Shown here: piece after piece, positions 1 through 13,913 of the stretch
How the letters are laid out: each line of letters starts with the position of its first letter
Numbering within the stretch: position 1 is the stretch's first letter
Origin: Octopus sinensis
Lineage: Eukaryota
Direction of reading: 5' to 3'
Assembly: GCF_006345805.1 (NCBI RefSeq)
Contig: NC_043008.1
Location: 45,880,001 to 45,944,000, forward strand
Length of the DNA: 64,000 nucleotides
The notes under the pieces: generated by a model
Seen by the model: only the letters and a program-made list of their open reading frames with translations
Database searches by the model: none
Told to the model about the DNA's origin: nothing
Made by a program: the position numbers and the translations under genes

Positions 1-87
1 TGTGATCATTTAATATCTTTTATATTCGTATACGATTTTTTCAAAATTAATATACGTGAATTCGTATTAGCATTTACTAATCTTGAA

Positions 88-270
88 ATGTACATATATA
101 CATATATACATATATACATACATACGTACGTACGTACATGCATACATAGATACATACAGACATACACACATACATACATACATACATACATACATACAGA
201 CATACAGACATACATACAGGCATACATACATACATACAGGCATACATACATACATACACACATACATACA
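88..270. repeat. (TACA)n/(TA)n compound microsatellite
   Basis: Directly visible tetranucleotide array; it explains the MYVC/HTYI ORFs. Confidence 0.95.
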
Positions 271-823
271 GGGCAAATTTTAAACTGTCCAAAATTTTTA
301 GCTCTTATTTTCACGCCATCAGCAGCATAGTCACTATTATCGTCATTTTCATCTTTTGATCAATTTATTTCACAAAGATTGAATGTCAGTTCTTGTAGCC
401 ATGTTCGTTAGAAGCAACATAAAATGGAAGTGGGTTGTTGCTGCTTAAATGATTTTAATTTAAATATGAAAGTCGGGAAACATGAGATTGATCAAAGTGC
501 TAATTGCATCAGTTGACATTTAATGCAGCATTGATCTAAAGTCAAACCGAAGCGTAGAAAACATTACATGGACTTTAGTGGAGGTAAAAGAAAAAAAATA
601 ATGTTTTAGTGAAGTGGAAGTAAAACTCATAAGTTCAGTAACTGAGAGATTTAAAGATTTTTCCTTAATTAGATCTAACGCAGTTTTAATACCACAACAT
701 GCAGTGACCGCTGGATTAGCACAATATTTAGAATGTCAGATAATATTTCTTGCTGTGTATAGTTGCTGACTTTTTTTCATTTCCGAGATCAAATGCCGCA
801 ATATTAAATGATGAGCATGTTCA

Positions 824-828
824 TAATG

Positions 829-898
<70 letters not shown>

Positions 899-924
899 TG
901 ATGATACTAATAATAATAATAATA

Positions 925-956
<32 letters not shown>

Positions 957-967
957 AATAATAATAA
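824..967. repeat. (AAT)n/(GAT)n microsatellite
   Basis: Directly visible; explains the poly-N/I/D/M ORFs. Confidence 0.95.
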
Positions 968-968
968 C

Positions 969-1097
969 TGACCCCAGTACTCAACTGGTACTTAATTTAT
1001 CGAACCCGAATGGATGAAAGTTAAAGTCTCCCTCGGTGGAATTTGAACTCAGAACGTAGCGACAGTCGGCTAACGATTCTACCAGTTTTCCGCCTTA
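969..1097 (-). mobile_element. tRNA-derived SINE (family A), partial
   Basis: Reverse strand has B box GAGTTCAAATTCC and the core TTTCATCC...GGTTCGATAAATTAAGTACCAGTTGAGTACTGGGG shared with the 18768-19000 copy. Confidence 0.8.
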
Positions 1098-1117
1098 ATA
1101 ATAATAATAATAATAAC

Positions 1118-1207
<90 letters not shown>

Positions 1208-1211
1208 TTTA

Positions 1212-1766
1212 TGCCCTGATGCAGTACCAGGCAGTGGCTCTCATGGCTTCTGATCTTAACTGATTGGAAGTGTTATCATGTACATTGTTTTGTCTTGGTA
1301 TAAAAGATGGGCTACAGCAAATATTCTGCTCAATACCACAGATTTGCTTGTCAGTTGTTTGACCTTAACCAGTTGAGCATGTCCCTTAGTGGCTGACGAT
1401 ATGTGCATCTCTGATCACGAGCAGAAGTAGTGGGGGAGCATCATAGCCATGTGTTGAGAGGGATTCTTTGGGGTTTGAATAGTTTACCTCTGGAAACATG
1501 GGTGGTTCTTTCAACATCCTTAAGCAACCCTTATTCAGGGACCGTTTGAGCGGGATGGGCTACTCAACCTGAAGAAAATTCTAACTGGGCCCCACCTGCA
1601 AGGTCATGTGCTGTTTATCTTGATATGAGATCACCATGTCGCGCACATATGGTTGTGATGCATGTGCCTGGTGTACCTTTATCAGACGGGTAGTCATGAT
1701 GGGTATATTGGGCTTCGTATATTTTACCCCAGTGTCACTTTGATGGCATGAACTGCTCTCTCACTC
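1212..1766 (+). mobile_element. ~555-bp non-coding retroposon in (TAA)n, longest copy
   Basis: Flanked by (AAT)n on both sides, ends CTCTCTCACTC-(AAT)n; three more copies at 34028-35608. Confidence 0.85.
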
Positions 1767-1822
<56 letters not shown>

Positions 1823-2339
1823 TAATAATGATAATAATAATAATGTATATTCGTGTCATCGTTTTTCATTCGATATTACAGAATGCAGTATTGAGTGAAA
1901 ACTGTGTCAGATTGATTAAGAGACAATGGTTCGTAACATTAATGTACATCACATATTTACGAAGACTGCCACTGTGTCTCTGGGGGTGATAAAACAAGTA
2001 ACAGAAATTCATTGACTCCATAAATTTTTCCCCATATTGTATCACCTCTATATAATGAAATTAAAAATTGCACCATCTGAAAGTAAACTTGGTGCATCTG
2101 AATAAGGAGAATTTCCGATAGATGCTTTGTGATTATTTAGTTTCATATTCTAATGCTTGAATTCAAATACTGCTAAATTATCTTTCCTCACTCTGATCGT
2201 AATGAAGTATATACGAGTCAAGAACAGGAAATGATCTCATCGAATACTTGTATACACTATCATATGTAGCCTTGTGTCTCAGTGAATTTTTATGCAACTT
2301 TTTTCTAGTGTCGGGAAACATTGATTTCAATGTTTGGCA

Positions 2340-2540
2340 CGAGGACAGCAGTTTCGGGGAGGGGGGAGGGGAGAATAAATCGATTTTATTGATCCCAGGG
2401 TTTAACTGGTACTTATTTCGTTGACCCCGAAAAGATGAAAGGTAAAGGCTCTCAGCTGAATCTGAACTCAAAACGTGGAGACGGACGAAATGGCTCCAGG
2501 CATTTCGTCCGGAGCGGTAAAAATTCTGCTAACTCGCCAA
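2340..2540 (-). mobile_element. tRNA-derived SINE (family A), diverged
   Basis: Same CTGGTACTTATTT...GACCCCGAAAAGATGAAAGG core as 969-1097. Confidence 0.7.
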
Positions 2541-3544
2541 TTTATAATTTGCAAATATTACTGAAAAATGCGAAAAAATGTTCAAAAATATTAGAAATGA
2601 TTATATGGAATCTAGTTTTGGTTGCCTTTCCCTCGTGAATATGATTTCACTAAACTGAAAGATATAGGAGTAAATTTATATTGAATTCCTTTTTTAAAGT
2701 TATAAGGATGTGGATCATATTTGTGGATATAACCCCCAGTGTACATAAATAGTCAGTATAGAAAGTTTGCTATAACAAATGTTTTCTTAACTGAGAGAAA
2801 AATTATGGGTTAATGCATCTCATTAGCATTTTTACCATCATCGATTCCCATAATGTATATTCACATTCTTTTCAATCACATGAGCATTCAAAAAGCATTC
2901 TTTATTCTTGGAAATCTTATACTGGATCTCATTGAAACTATATGCGAACCATTAAAGCATTGGCTTATAAACAATGGCGTAGTGTCTATAATATTTCTTT
3001 ACTCATCCTACACTTCTTATGCTGTGATTGGTCGTTACCAAATTCATGAACGCCTTTGTTTTTCAATAGCAAAAGAAATATTGAGAAAAGCTGTGCATTC
3101 ATATTTAAAATTGAAGCGTTGCAACTTCAAACAGTGGAGTTCAGTAGCTGAATCTTAGACTACAAACGCCTGCTCTGTATTGCATGACTATATTTCTTTC
3201 ATATGTGTAAATGGAATGGGTGTATATGTCTATATATATGTGAGTAGTGAGTATGAGTGTGTGAACATGAAGTGCAGCAAATGGATGTCATCCAGATGAG
3301 TGAAAGGCTGAGTTAAAGCCAAATCGTAGGTGTGCGCGTGTGTTTGTGTGTTTGGAAAGAAAGCTCGGTCACTTTTCCAGACAGGAGAGCAACATGCTTC
3401 TGTGGTCTTAATCAGAGACATCTGCGAAACTGGTTAAATCTTTGAAAATTAAAATCCCAGTGCATTTTCTTTTATATTTCTACCGATCTGGAATAAAATA
3501 TCGTTTCTGCACACACACACACACACACACACATATATTCTTTT

Positions 3545-3733
3545 TCACTCTTTTACTTGGTTCAGTCAGTTGAAACACCGCCTTTAGTCAAACAAATCGA
3601 CCCCAGAACTTCTTCGTTGTAAGCCTAGTACTTATTCTATCTGTCTTTTTTGCCGAACCGCTAAGTTACGGGGATGCGAACATACCAACATCGGTTGTCA
3701 AGCGATGATGGGGGTACAACCACACACACATAT

Positions 3734-3808
<75 letters not shown>

Positions 3809-3992
3809 ATATATATATATATATATACATACATACGGCGGTCTTCTTTCGGTTTCCGTCTACCAAATCCAGTCACGAGGCTTTGGTCGGCCCGAGGCTA
3901 TAATAGAAGACACTTTCCCAAGCTGGCGCGCACTGGGAGTGAACCCGGTGCCATGTGGTTAGTAAGCAAGCTATTTACCACACAGCTACTCC
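3545..3992 (-). mobile_element. CORE-type tRNA SINE (family B) with internal (TA)n tract
   Basis: Reverse complement of 63585-64000; B box GGGTTCACTCCC, CTTGGGAAAGTGTCTT CORE-like motif, internal (TA)n at 3730-3830. Confidence 0.85.
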
Positions 3993-4844
3993 TACGCCAT
4001 AAATCGCACTACAGTTACCCAACTATCAATGATAATAGTCATGTAACATAAGGTCGTTCTAGATACATATCAGAAAATGTATTAGGATGGTCTCGATTGG
4101 AATGCTTCGATAACATGTCTTTTACTTAATAAAATATATACACCATAAATGAATAAATTGTAAAATTATCTATTGAATATTCTAGCAACTTGACCTAATA
4201 CATTGCAGCTCAGCAGACAAACGTGCGAAAGAATTACGTTCTAATCCAGCAAAATATTTTATCAAGTTCAAAGATATAACTTGGTAACATCCCGTTTCAA
4301 AGTAACAAGATGTGTTAGCGAAGACATATAGATACTATAACTCATAATATTCGTTCAAAATTTCTGTGCAATTTGCTATTACTTATATATCTAGCGTTAA
4401 TATGATATTTAGTACTGAACTACTGAAACCGTTGTAATCAGGTAAGGTGACTGTCAACAATATGACTCATTTTGCCTGTATCCAGAATCCTTATTCTTTT
4501 CTTTACTTTCATTTCTAAATTCGAATCCAGCGGAGGCTGGCTTTGTAGTTTAAGCGTTCCGGGATTGATAAAATAATTTCCAGTCAAGTACTGTGTTTAT
4601 AATGTTGGCTTTTCGTGATTTCGACATTTGTGGTGCGTGATTATTTGAGAAATTAATATTTTCTTGTCTAACATAACAGTATTGTGAGTAACTCAGGTTT
4701 ATAACCCGTTTATATTGACATTTAGGTTTTAGATCTGGAAGACGAAAAAGGAACCACATACTGAACATTAAAATGGTAATTGGAAAGGAACGTGAATACA
4801 ATAATGCTTTCAAATTTTGGAAGAAAGTGAGGAATCTATTACAT

Positions 4845-4975
4845 CAGCCCTATTGCTCAACTGGTACTTATTTTATCGACGGTGAAAGGATGAATCATAA
4901 GGTCAGAAGGTAAAGAAGAACGAAACGCCTTCTCGATAAATCTGTTGAACTCCTTTAACTTCTTTTGCTCCATTT
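4845..4975 (-). mobile_element. SINE family A remnant
   Basis: CTCAACTGGTACTTATTTTATCGAC...GAAAGGATGAA core. Confidence 0.6.
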
Positions 4976-5266
4976 TCACCTCTAGAACCCGTCGTACATC
5001 CGTAGTTACGCTTCTCCCAGTGGCTAAAGCTTGGCTGCCGACCGGAACTGGTTCGCTTCCCATCCTTCCTTTTTTATCTACTTTACTCATAAATGGGGAA
5101 GGAAACGATCATAATATCACAACAACAAAAAACAGCAACTAACAATTCAACAATTGAACAATGAGGTTAAACAATTAGGTTCACCCTTACAGGAGACATT
5201 TAGCAAACAATCAACAATGTGGCTCACGTCTAACAGGGATCAAATAATGATTAAACCGAACAGAAA

Positions 5267-5301
<35 letters not shown>

Positions 5302-5814
5302 CAAAAAAAAATAGCTGCGATCACCCCCGTTGACAGTTGACTTCGTTCTTTTATATGGTAATCGGTCAATCCACCTTCAGTTAAGTGGGGATGTTCAGGA
5401 TCCTCCCATAAGAAAGCCCTAAAAACAAATTTAATGAAAGCTGCTGGCGGAATATTTTTCAGAATTCTGTAGACTGATACAGGACAGTGCTAGGCAGAGG
5501 GCTGTGCGTGGGGGCGTAAATAATTTGAGCCTTTCCTCTTTTAGAAAATATTCACATTTAAACATTCCATGTTTAAACCACTCTCCATCATGATCTGAAA
5601 TGTAAGATCTTTTTCTACCCTAATAACGGAGGTTCGATTTCTTCAAAGTTACTGAGTGCATTTTTTGTTAAATTACATCTATCGACACAATAATGCATCA
5701 CCGAGCAGCCCAGAAACACTCGTTAGACTTATAACAACTTAATTCTTCCATTTGAATTGTCTCTGTTTTGTATAATTTTAATCTATTAATACATACATAT
5801 ACGAAGACACCCCC

Positions 5815-6109
5815 CCCCTACCTTCGGTCATGAATGACTATGGGATTGCACCTAGAAATTTCCCCTCAGAGGCACAAATCCGCGCTGGGTTGTTTATGGA
5901 AAACCAGGAATCACCCATGAATACCCCCATCCCTCACTGCACGTCGCTGATGTTGTCCGAGGCAAAGACCGATACAATTGGTACAAGTGACGTCGCAGAT
6001 CATTTCTGCAGCTGCACAGCTGAGTGGGAGCAACGTGAAATGAAGTGTCTTGCTCAAGAACACAACACAACAATATATAGGCGTAGACTGAAACTGAAAG
6101 AAGCCTGTC

Positions 6110-6174
<65 letters not shown>

Positions 6175-6226
6175 TGAATGCATGTATGTGCGTCTATATA
6201 TCTATCTATCTATCTATCTATCTATA

Positions 6227-6262
<36 letters not shown>

Positions 6263-6430
6263 TGCATATATTTATGTGTGTCTGTGCCTTTCTGCCTGTA
6301 TTTCTCCCGTACCCATCGTATGGCAACAGACGTTGGTGTGTTTACGTCCCCATCTAGCAAAAGTGACCGATAGAATAAGTACTAAGCTTACAAAGAAGTG
6401 TAGGTCTTGGGGCCGATTTCTGCGACTAGA
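5815..6430. mobile_element. Composite of SINE fragments, including the 3' half of family B
   Basis: 6088-6430 matches 63728-63950 (AAACTGAAAGAAGCC, (TA)n, GACCGATAGAATAAGTACT); 6020-6070 is a CORE-like segment on the minus strand. Confidence 0.6.
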
Positions 6431-6435
6431 ACACT

Positions 6436-6507
6436 TTAACAACTAACAATTAACAACTAGAACAATTAACAACTAGAACAATTAACAACTAGAACAATTA
6501 ACAACTA
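6436..6507. repeat. 16-bp minisatellite AACAATTAACAACTAG, about 4.5 copies
   Basis: Directly visible. Confidence 0.85.
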
Positions 6508-7358
6508 AAAGAATAACATAATATATCAATATATATATATATTGTATATCAAACCCAAGTTATATATAGGTATATGTGTTTGTGCGCGCGCGTGTGTATT
6601 ATTTATATGTACGCGTGTGTATGACTGTGAGTGAGTGTGTGTGTAGATGTAATTACCTTGGTATTTTAAACCTTATAAAACATGTTAACGTTTTGCGACA
6701 TCAACTAATTTAGTAAGGTTTGTTTATTGAATTCCACATCGCTGTTTTCTCCAAGAATACAAAGTATAGTGTAATGTTTCCTCGGTATGTATCCCTGTTA
6801 TAAAATTATTTACACCAACAATGGAATGGCGGAATACAGGCCGACTGGTTTTAGAAGGGATGGAGAATGAGATAAGTCGATAGAGTGTGAGAGAAAAAGA
6901 CTACACAAATGAACCTAAGTGTGTGTGTGTGTCTATGCACTTGTATGTGTGTGCGTTTAGATGCTTAGGTTGGATAGTGTATGTGTTAGAGTCGGTAATG
7001 GTCCACGCGACATTTAATGTGTGCGAGTGTAAGGCTGAGAGGTGGAGTGTACACTACTTATCGATCACTGCAGACATCAGAATATCTTTCGACCATGATT
7101 TATTTGTCGGGCAGAAAGCTACAAAGGAGATAGAAACCAATCAATGAACTGACCACCACATCCTTCAACTTTAATTTATGTCTGTTGCTTTTCGTGGTTG
7201 ATATTCTTACACATATCATTGTTATTATTTTCTCTGTGGCTAGTATCGTAGTTGTCTTTAGAAGTGAGTCTACGCAGTTTGTGGGGGAAATCTTTACAAT
7301 TTTATCAATTTATTGTTCAGCATTTCTATTGGCGTTATAATTATTTTGCATAAAGAGG

Positions 7359-7411
<53 letters not shown>

Positions 7412-7433
7412 TGTGCGTGTGTGTGTGTGTATA

Positions 7434-8640
7434 TATTGGGTCATCCTATAAATATCGCGGTTTTTTCAATTACATGATCTAAGAGATGGTGGGGGACGGG
7501 ATAAACTACCACCATCAGCTTGCTATATATTCAAAAACCAATTTTTCTTTTTACTTATTCTTAGTGCAAGTTTTGAAGAGTGCAGTTCGATTTTAACAGT
7601 TATTTTTTCAAAGCTATTTTGGAAGTGACAAAGGAACATATTCGTCATATTTTGCTTTATGAGATCAATAAAGGCCACAACGCAACGGAAAATGCGACAA
7701 ATATTAATGCAGTGTATGGGAATCGAACAATAAGCGTAAGCCAGTGCCAACGGTGGTTCCAGAAATTCCCAGCCGAAAACTACAGCCTAGAACACGAGCC
7801 TCGTCCTGAAAGATTAGTAGAGTTCGAGGAGGTAATCCAGCAAACCATGGTGGAAGAAGACCCCATCGTAACTGTTGAGGAACTGGCAGAAAATCTTGGA
7901 TTTAGTGATTCAACCATTCATCGACACCTTTGTGCCTTCGGAAAAGTAAAAAAATTGGGTGAATGGATTCCTCACAAACTTTCCGAGTCTAATCGTGCGC
8001 AGAGAGTGAATGTGTGCTCTTATTTGCTGTCACCTCTCATGAACGATCCCTTTTTTGACCAAGTAGTAGCTGGTGATAAGAAATGGGTTCTGTATAAAAA
8101 AATATCAAGCTCTGAAGACAGTAGGTTGGGAAAGTAGAAACACCAGCACTCCAAGCTAAGAAGGTCTTCACCCACGTAAGGTGTTGTTATCTATTGAAAG
8201 GTGATATGAAAAGGATATGAAAGGTGAAGTCCACTTTGAACTTTTAAACTCAAATCAAATGATAACAAAGGAGATCCAATACGAGCAGCTTGAGCGGCTC
8301 AAATTAGAGCTCGATGAAAAGCGACCGTCTTTAATTTCAAGATGAAAGATGTTTTTCCATCAGGATAATGCTCGGTCACGTAAACGGAGGCTGACATTTC
8401 AAAGACTGGAGCAGTATGAATGGGAAATGATACTCTACCCATTATATTCGCTGGACATTGCCCCATCTGATTATCATTTATTCCGCTGTCTTCAAAATAA
8501 TTTGAAAGGAAATAAAATGAATTTCATTGACAAGGTCAGGACAGTACTGGAGGAGTATCGTGGCGGACAAGTGAATTTTGGAAGAGCGTCCTTGTAATTC
8601 TACCAGATGGATGGAAGAGAATTGTGGAAATTGAAGTCAA
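7434..8640 (+). mobile_element. mariner (DD34D) transposon, frameshifted transposase; 3' TIR not seen
   Basis: TA-TTGGGTCATCC terminus at 7434; motifs HIRHILLYE, WFQKF, WIPHKL, GDKKW, HQDNAR, PLYSLDIAPSDYHLF. Confidence 0.9.
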
Positions 8641-8687
8641 AAAGTGTGGCAGCCCTATGTATGCGGGCCAGACATCAAAACACTCTT

Positions 8688-8747
<60 letters not shown>

Positions 8748-8869
8748 TCCTATATTATTATGTCGGCTACGGCCTATTGATTCGAACTTGCAACAGTAGT
8801 TTTACGTGATCATACGAGTTTTGCTGAAATAATCGTAGGATAAATATATTAATAATAATAAAAATAATA

Positions 8870-9168
8870 TATGGAGGGAATTTATAAATATTTTAATTCA
8901 TAGCTGCACACGTTTTCACAAATCTCATGTTTTTATGACCAAGTACTGATTCTTTATTATTTTATGACCAAGTACATGAAGATCAGATGGGTCTATGTTC
9001 ATGCGTCATGCCATATCGCCTGAAGAAATGAACGCATGAACAAAGACTCACCTGATGACCATAGACTGGGCTGTTATCATTCCAAGTATGCGGACTATGG
9101 TCACAAATGTGTGATTTGTGGAAATGCGCTTAGCGATGCATTGAAATATTTATAAATTCCATTCATGG
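8870..9168 (+). mobile_element. Non-coding PLE-like terminus with inverted end and hammerhead-like motif
   Basis: 8870-8930 is a diverged inverted copy of 9105-9165; inner inverted repeat 8982-9006/9032-9056. Confidence 0.55.
9014..9138 (+). ncRNA. Hammerhead-like ribozyme with large stem II insert
   Basis: ATCGC-CTGAAGA (9020-9026)...GAAA (9121)-TGCGCT-TA-GCGAT; stem I ATCGC/GCGAT. Confidence 0.5.
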
Positions 9169-9239
9169 ATTTTTTCTATTATTATTATTACTATATATAT
9201 ATGTATTTATGCACACACACACACATACACACATATACA

Positions 9240-9540
9240 TGTTTGTTCCTTCTCGAGTCATGCCTGGCTCATAGGGCCGGGTCCCGGTTTCCTTGGCGTA
9301 TAGGTTCCCCACCTGGACGGGACGCCGGTCCGTCGCAAGTGAGCTGCAAGATGCGGGAGGAAAGAGTGAGAGAAAGTTGTGGCGAAAGAGTCAGCAGGAG
9401 TCCGCCATTACCTTCTGCCAAAGCCGCGTGGAGCTTAGGTGTTTCGCTCATAAACGCACACATCGCCTGGTCTGAGATTCGAACCCGCGATCCCTCGACC
9501 GCGAGTCCGCTGCTCTAACCCCCACGCCATGTGTCTCCAC
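9240..9540 (-). mobile_element. tRNA-derived SINE with V-domain-like core
   Basis: Minus strand: A-box-like TGGCGTGGGGGTTAGAGC, B box GGGTTCGAATCTC, core TGCGACGGACCGGCGTCCCGTCCAGG. Confidence 0.75.
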
Positions 9541-10244
9541 ACACACACACACACAGAAACACATATATATATATATACATATATATAAATACGTATGCAT
9601 GAATGTATGAATGTACGTATGAGAAATGGTAGATGTACATATATCTTGAGAGTAGTCTATACTGCATTACAGTGTGTATATTTATTAAGATAAATTCCCC
9701 AAATACAAAGCAAGTTGGACTTCGAAGTGAGAGCAAATCACTCGCCGATATAGACTGGCATCGTTCCCAATAAACGAAAATACTTCTTGCTTTACTTAAC
9801 ACACATAACAATTAAACACATCAAAATTTCATTTAGATCATGATGTCTAATTTTAGAAAATGTTGTAGAGTCTCATTCATGATTAAATAAATAACCGACG
9901 GCTGATTTTATTATTGGAGGAGTTTCCGGTTTCTCTCAACGAAGTGAGGACGGGGGAAGGATGTGATGCGCAATATGTCATTGTTGACAACCTTTCAAAT
10001 ATTATTGTAACTTTTGTAAGCAGACGCTGATGATTGAAGTATGAAGAACATTTCCCTTTCAGAAGCGAGCGAAATCGTGACATTCTCAATGAAGAGAAAA
10101 TATACAAACATTCACATTTGAAAAAAAAGTTTTTATTCTGATTTCCTTTATCTTTCACATAAGATTTATATCAACAACTATATTATTCTAAATAATATAT
10201 TGTGTGCAAAAATTATATATGATGTAAGACTTAGATAAGTTGCG

Positions 10245-10276
<32 letters not shown>

Positions 10277-10961
10277 AAATATTATTGTTTCTAAGTCTCT
10301 CTAAAGGAGGCTACGGAGCGGTGCTGGATATTAATAGTTATCGCCATGCTAATGTGGCAGTCCATATTTTACCTCTCAGTTCGAATTGTAAGTCCAACCT
10401 GCTTTGTAGTTAGAGAATTTATTTAATAAATATACACATGTACGGACATTCATACATACATAAGTTAACAATTGTTAGATTTCAACTTATATCAGAAATT
10501 TTAGGGGAAATCATTCCTATTTACTAATTCATTGCTACAAGAAAATTGTTCTGAAGATGATTCTTATTGTGTATCGTAAAATGCCATTCTCCCACCTTAA
10601 AATCATGGTGGGGATGGAGTGGTTTTCGAATATGATCACATTACTTCTGAATGAAGTAACTTGATAATTGCATATTATAGCAGTTTGAATCGTCAAATTT
10701 ATCTGATGATAATATACGAGGGAATATAGCCTGGATTCCGATGAATAAAACTACTAGAGCAAATGGCAAACTGCAGCTCTACATCCGTAAGTATTTCGTT
10801 ATGTGTTACGCTGAAGTGAAATCACGTCATATCTGGTTTGTTGTCCTCCTTTCCCCGCATGAGAATACTGATGAATGACGTTGTGTGGACGATTCAATCG
10901 CTAGCAACCACATTTCTCTCAACTTGTATCCGAAGGTTGTGCAAAAGCAATAACATATTAC

Positions 10962-11336
10962 CTAATGTAGGCCGTTATATGAAAAGTCAGAAAAGTGTGG
11001 TGGGAACACTTGGTCACATGACTGTTTGATCGAGGCTGACTTCGAGAAACAACTCCAATACCATTCGTAGAATCTATACAGTCAACCATTGACTTGGTGG
11101 CTGTTATATGAGTTCTCCGAGCATATGTTCCGAAAAAATAAATAGAACTAGAAAAAATATAATTCTTTCCTTCAGAATTCCAACTTGTCAATTCCATCCA
11201 TGCAGTCGTCTGACTGTACTTTAATATTTTATCCACTTGGATAATTTCCAAATACGCAGGATGAAAATGTTTCTTTAAAACACGGTTTCTAAATTTTCTG
11301 GAAGTGGAAATGTCTATTGTTTGCTCAGGCATGTTA
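10962..11336 (-). CDS. Candidate 375-nt internal coding exon of an unidentified gene
   Basis: Only open frame starts just before a polypyrimidine-TAG acceptor and ends at AG|GTAATA; phase 2-2; non-repetitive sequence. Confidence 0.35.
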
Positions 11337-11749
11337 CTAGGAAAATATTAGAGGAGAAAAATAACCGGTTTGATATACGCAAAGCAAACAGTACTTGACA
11401 TTTCGGAAGTAGTTTGTGTAGACCACAAAAATATTAATCGAAACTAATATTTAGATATCACGATTTATTCATTGAGGCGAATTAAACTTTGAGAGAGAGA
11501 GAGAGAGAGAGAGAGCAACCTCTTTCAGTGACTAAATGTCTTGCTGTTACTTGAAAGTATTTCCTTATACGGAAGTTAAAAAAACACACTAGATTCAAGA
11601 AAAGGTCATTCGGAGAAACTTCAGCTGGTCATGCAGAATTATGTAAGTATATTGTGATGCGTGTGTGTGAGTGTGTGTGAGTGTGTATGTGTGCATGTGA
11701 GTTTGTAACATTGGATACATGTGTGTGTGTGTATGTATGTATGTGTGTG

Positions 11750-11781
11750 TGATAGACATATAGATAGATAGATAGACAGAC

Positions 11782-11836
<55 letters not shown>

Positions 11837-11838
11837 CA
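11750..11838. repeat. (GATA)n microsatellite
   Basis: Directly visible; similar arrays at 13805-13850 and 20840-20995. Confidence 0.95.
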
Positions 11839-12850
11839 TATTATTTATGTAATACATCTATAATATGTGAATCACTCGGTAATCAACAGTTCATGCAAAT
11901 GTATTCCTAGCTTTATTCTGCGGACCAATACTGCAACTGATATACTTTTTCGCTATGTATGATACACATATAGCTATTTTATTCTAATACTACCTATGTT
12001 TCACATAACGATTATATCCATTGCTTCCCTTTTAGCAATTATTCCATGGCTCCTCATTCAAATGTGTAGTCAAACACACACACACACACACACACAGATA
12101 TATATATATGCACACAGACACACACACATACGAACACATAAATATGCATACATGCAGGCTTTTCCACAGTGGAAGTCATAGTATCAGCAACATGGAGCAC
12201 TGTCGCTCCCCGCATCCTTGTTGGTTAGTATTAAGGGTATACATTAATGGCTATGTTATTTTCACCCAAGATGTAGCAGATTTCTTTCTTGTTTCTCTCC
12301 TCCGCACAGTTAACACACTTAAGTAGGTGCAAGTGTAACCCCACCAGCCACGAAGTACAAACATGACGAATATCTTTTGCTCTCAGCCACGGTTTTTCTC
12401 TCACATGTCCGTTATATTCAGTAGGAATATATTGTGTTTCACCCGATAGTTTAGGCATCACTCTCCTGTGATCCTTGTGTTGTCACATACAAACTAGTTA
12501 CGATATTTAACAATTGCTAAAACTCATAATGTTTCATAGACACAGGATGCACTCTAAACCGCTATGCAGTTCAATCACATAGTCCAAGAAATTCTTATTT
12601 TTAATGCATCTGATATCCCTGGAGTGTCGATCTCACTTCTAACAATACCACGTGAGCTGCCTTAACCAATCGCAGCGTAGCTTCCTTTAAACTTCTTGGA
12701 CTTTCCGCAAATCTCCATTTGTCTAACTTCTGTAAAATGTCTACGAAATATTAAGTCGCACGAGGTCAAAGAAAACGGATTAAATAATATATGTAACACA
12801 AATTAAATATTTGTTCAGTGCTTCTTTCTTTGGCATATAGAACCACTCGT

Positions 12851-12928
<78 letters not shown>

Positions 12929-12930
12929 GG

Positions 12931-13290
12931 AGATGTTACATTAATATAATTTATTAACTGCAAAAATCCGACATATTTTCTTACAGCTGTTTCAATTTAG
13001 ATCAAAGATTAAATTACAGTAAATAAAACATTTTATTAGGCAAAATTTCCTCAGTGGGGTAGAAAAGATACAGCGTTAATTTATTAGGTAATATGTTTTC
13101 AAAAAATCTCAGCAGTTTATGAGAAAACACGACACCTAATAAACAAATGGCATATCTTTCTACCGCTCTGATGAGATTTTGCCTAATACAATTATTCAAT
13201 TATTGTAATTTAATCTTTTAGACTACACTGAAACAGCTGTAAGAGAATATGTTGGATTTTTGCAGCTAATAAATTGTATTAATGCTACAT
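12931..13290. mobile_element. Fold-back pair of PLE-like termini, each arm with a hammerhead-like motif
   Basis: Arms 12931-13088 and 13135-13290 are diverged inverted copies; cores CTGATGA 13168...GAAA-CAGCTG-TA 13230-13241 (+) and CTGAGGA 13054...GAAA-CAGCTG-TA 12993-12982 (-). Confidence 0.7.
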
Positions 13291-13560
13291 TAAATTTTAA
13301 TTTTGAATATTTATATTTAGACCTATTATTTTAAGAATATTACTATCCACAAAAAATACTAGGTTATGAAACAATAATTAATTGAATATTATCATTCCCT
13401 AATGTTGCTATTGGAATCTCTTAGTAAATATATATATTATAGAAAATTCGGGATAAAACCACTTTAATAATCTTATCAATGGTGCAGCCTGAAATTAAAC
13501 CATGTAGGTAACAATTTATACGATGTTATATATATATAACTTAATTATATTAAATGGTTT

Positions 13561-13726
13561 GGATAAAACCCACCAACACACCAGAAATAGACGCCAAATG
13601 GCTCTAAAAGCGACATCTACACTCCGTTAGCACAGGTTTCCCGCTTACAACCTGTGCTAACGGAACGTTGATGCCGTCTATAGAGCCATTTGGTATCTAT
13701 TTCTAGCGTATTGGTGGGGTTTATCC
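13561..13726. repeat. 78-bp-arm imperfect palindrome with 10-nt loop
   Basis: Arms 13561-13638 and 13649-13726. Confidence 0.85.
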
Positions 13727-13770
13727 TCACTCTTGAATATAATTATATTATATAATTATAATTTAATATG

Positions 13771-13802
<32 letters not shown>

Positions 13803-13804
13803 AG

Positions 13805-13913
<109 letters not shown>

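Noticed and set aside
9480-9535. tRNA gene
   Set aside because: The tRNA-like head continues into a SINE body; no complete acceptor stem seen
10295-10410. Long imperfect hairpin GGCTACGGAGC/GCTTTGTAGTT near (TA)n
   Set aside because: No intact ribozyme core on either strand; possibly a decayed terminus
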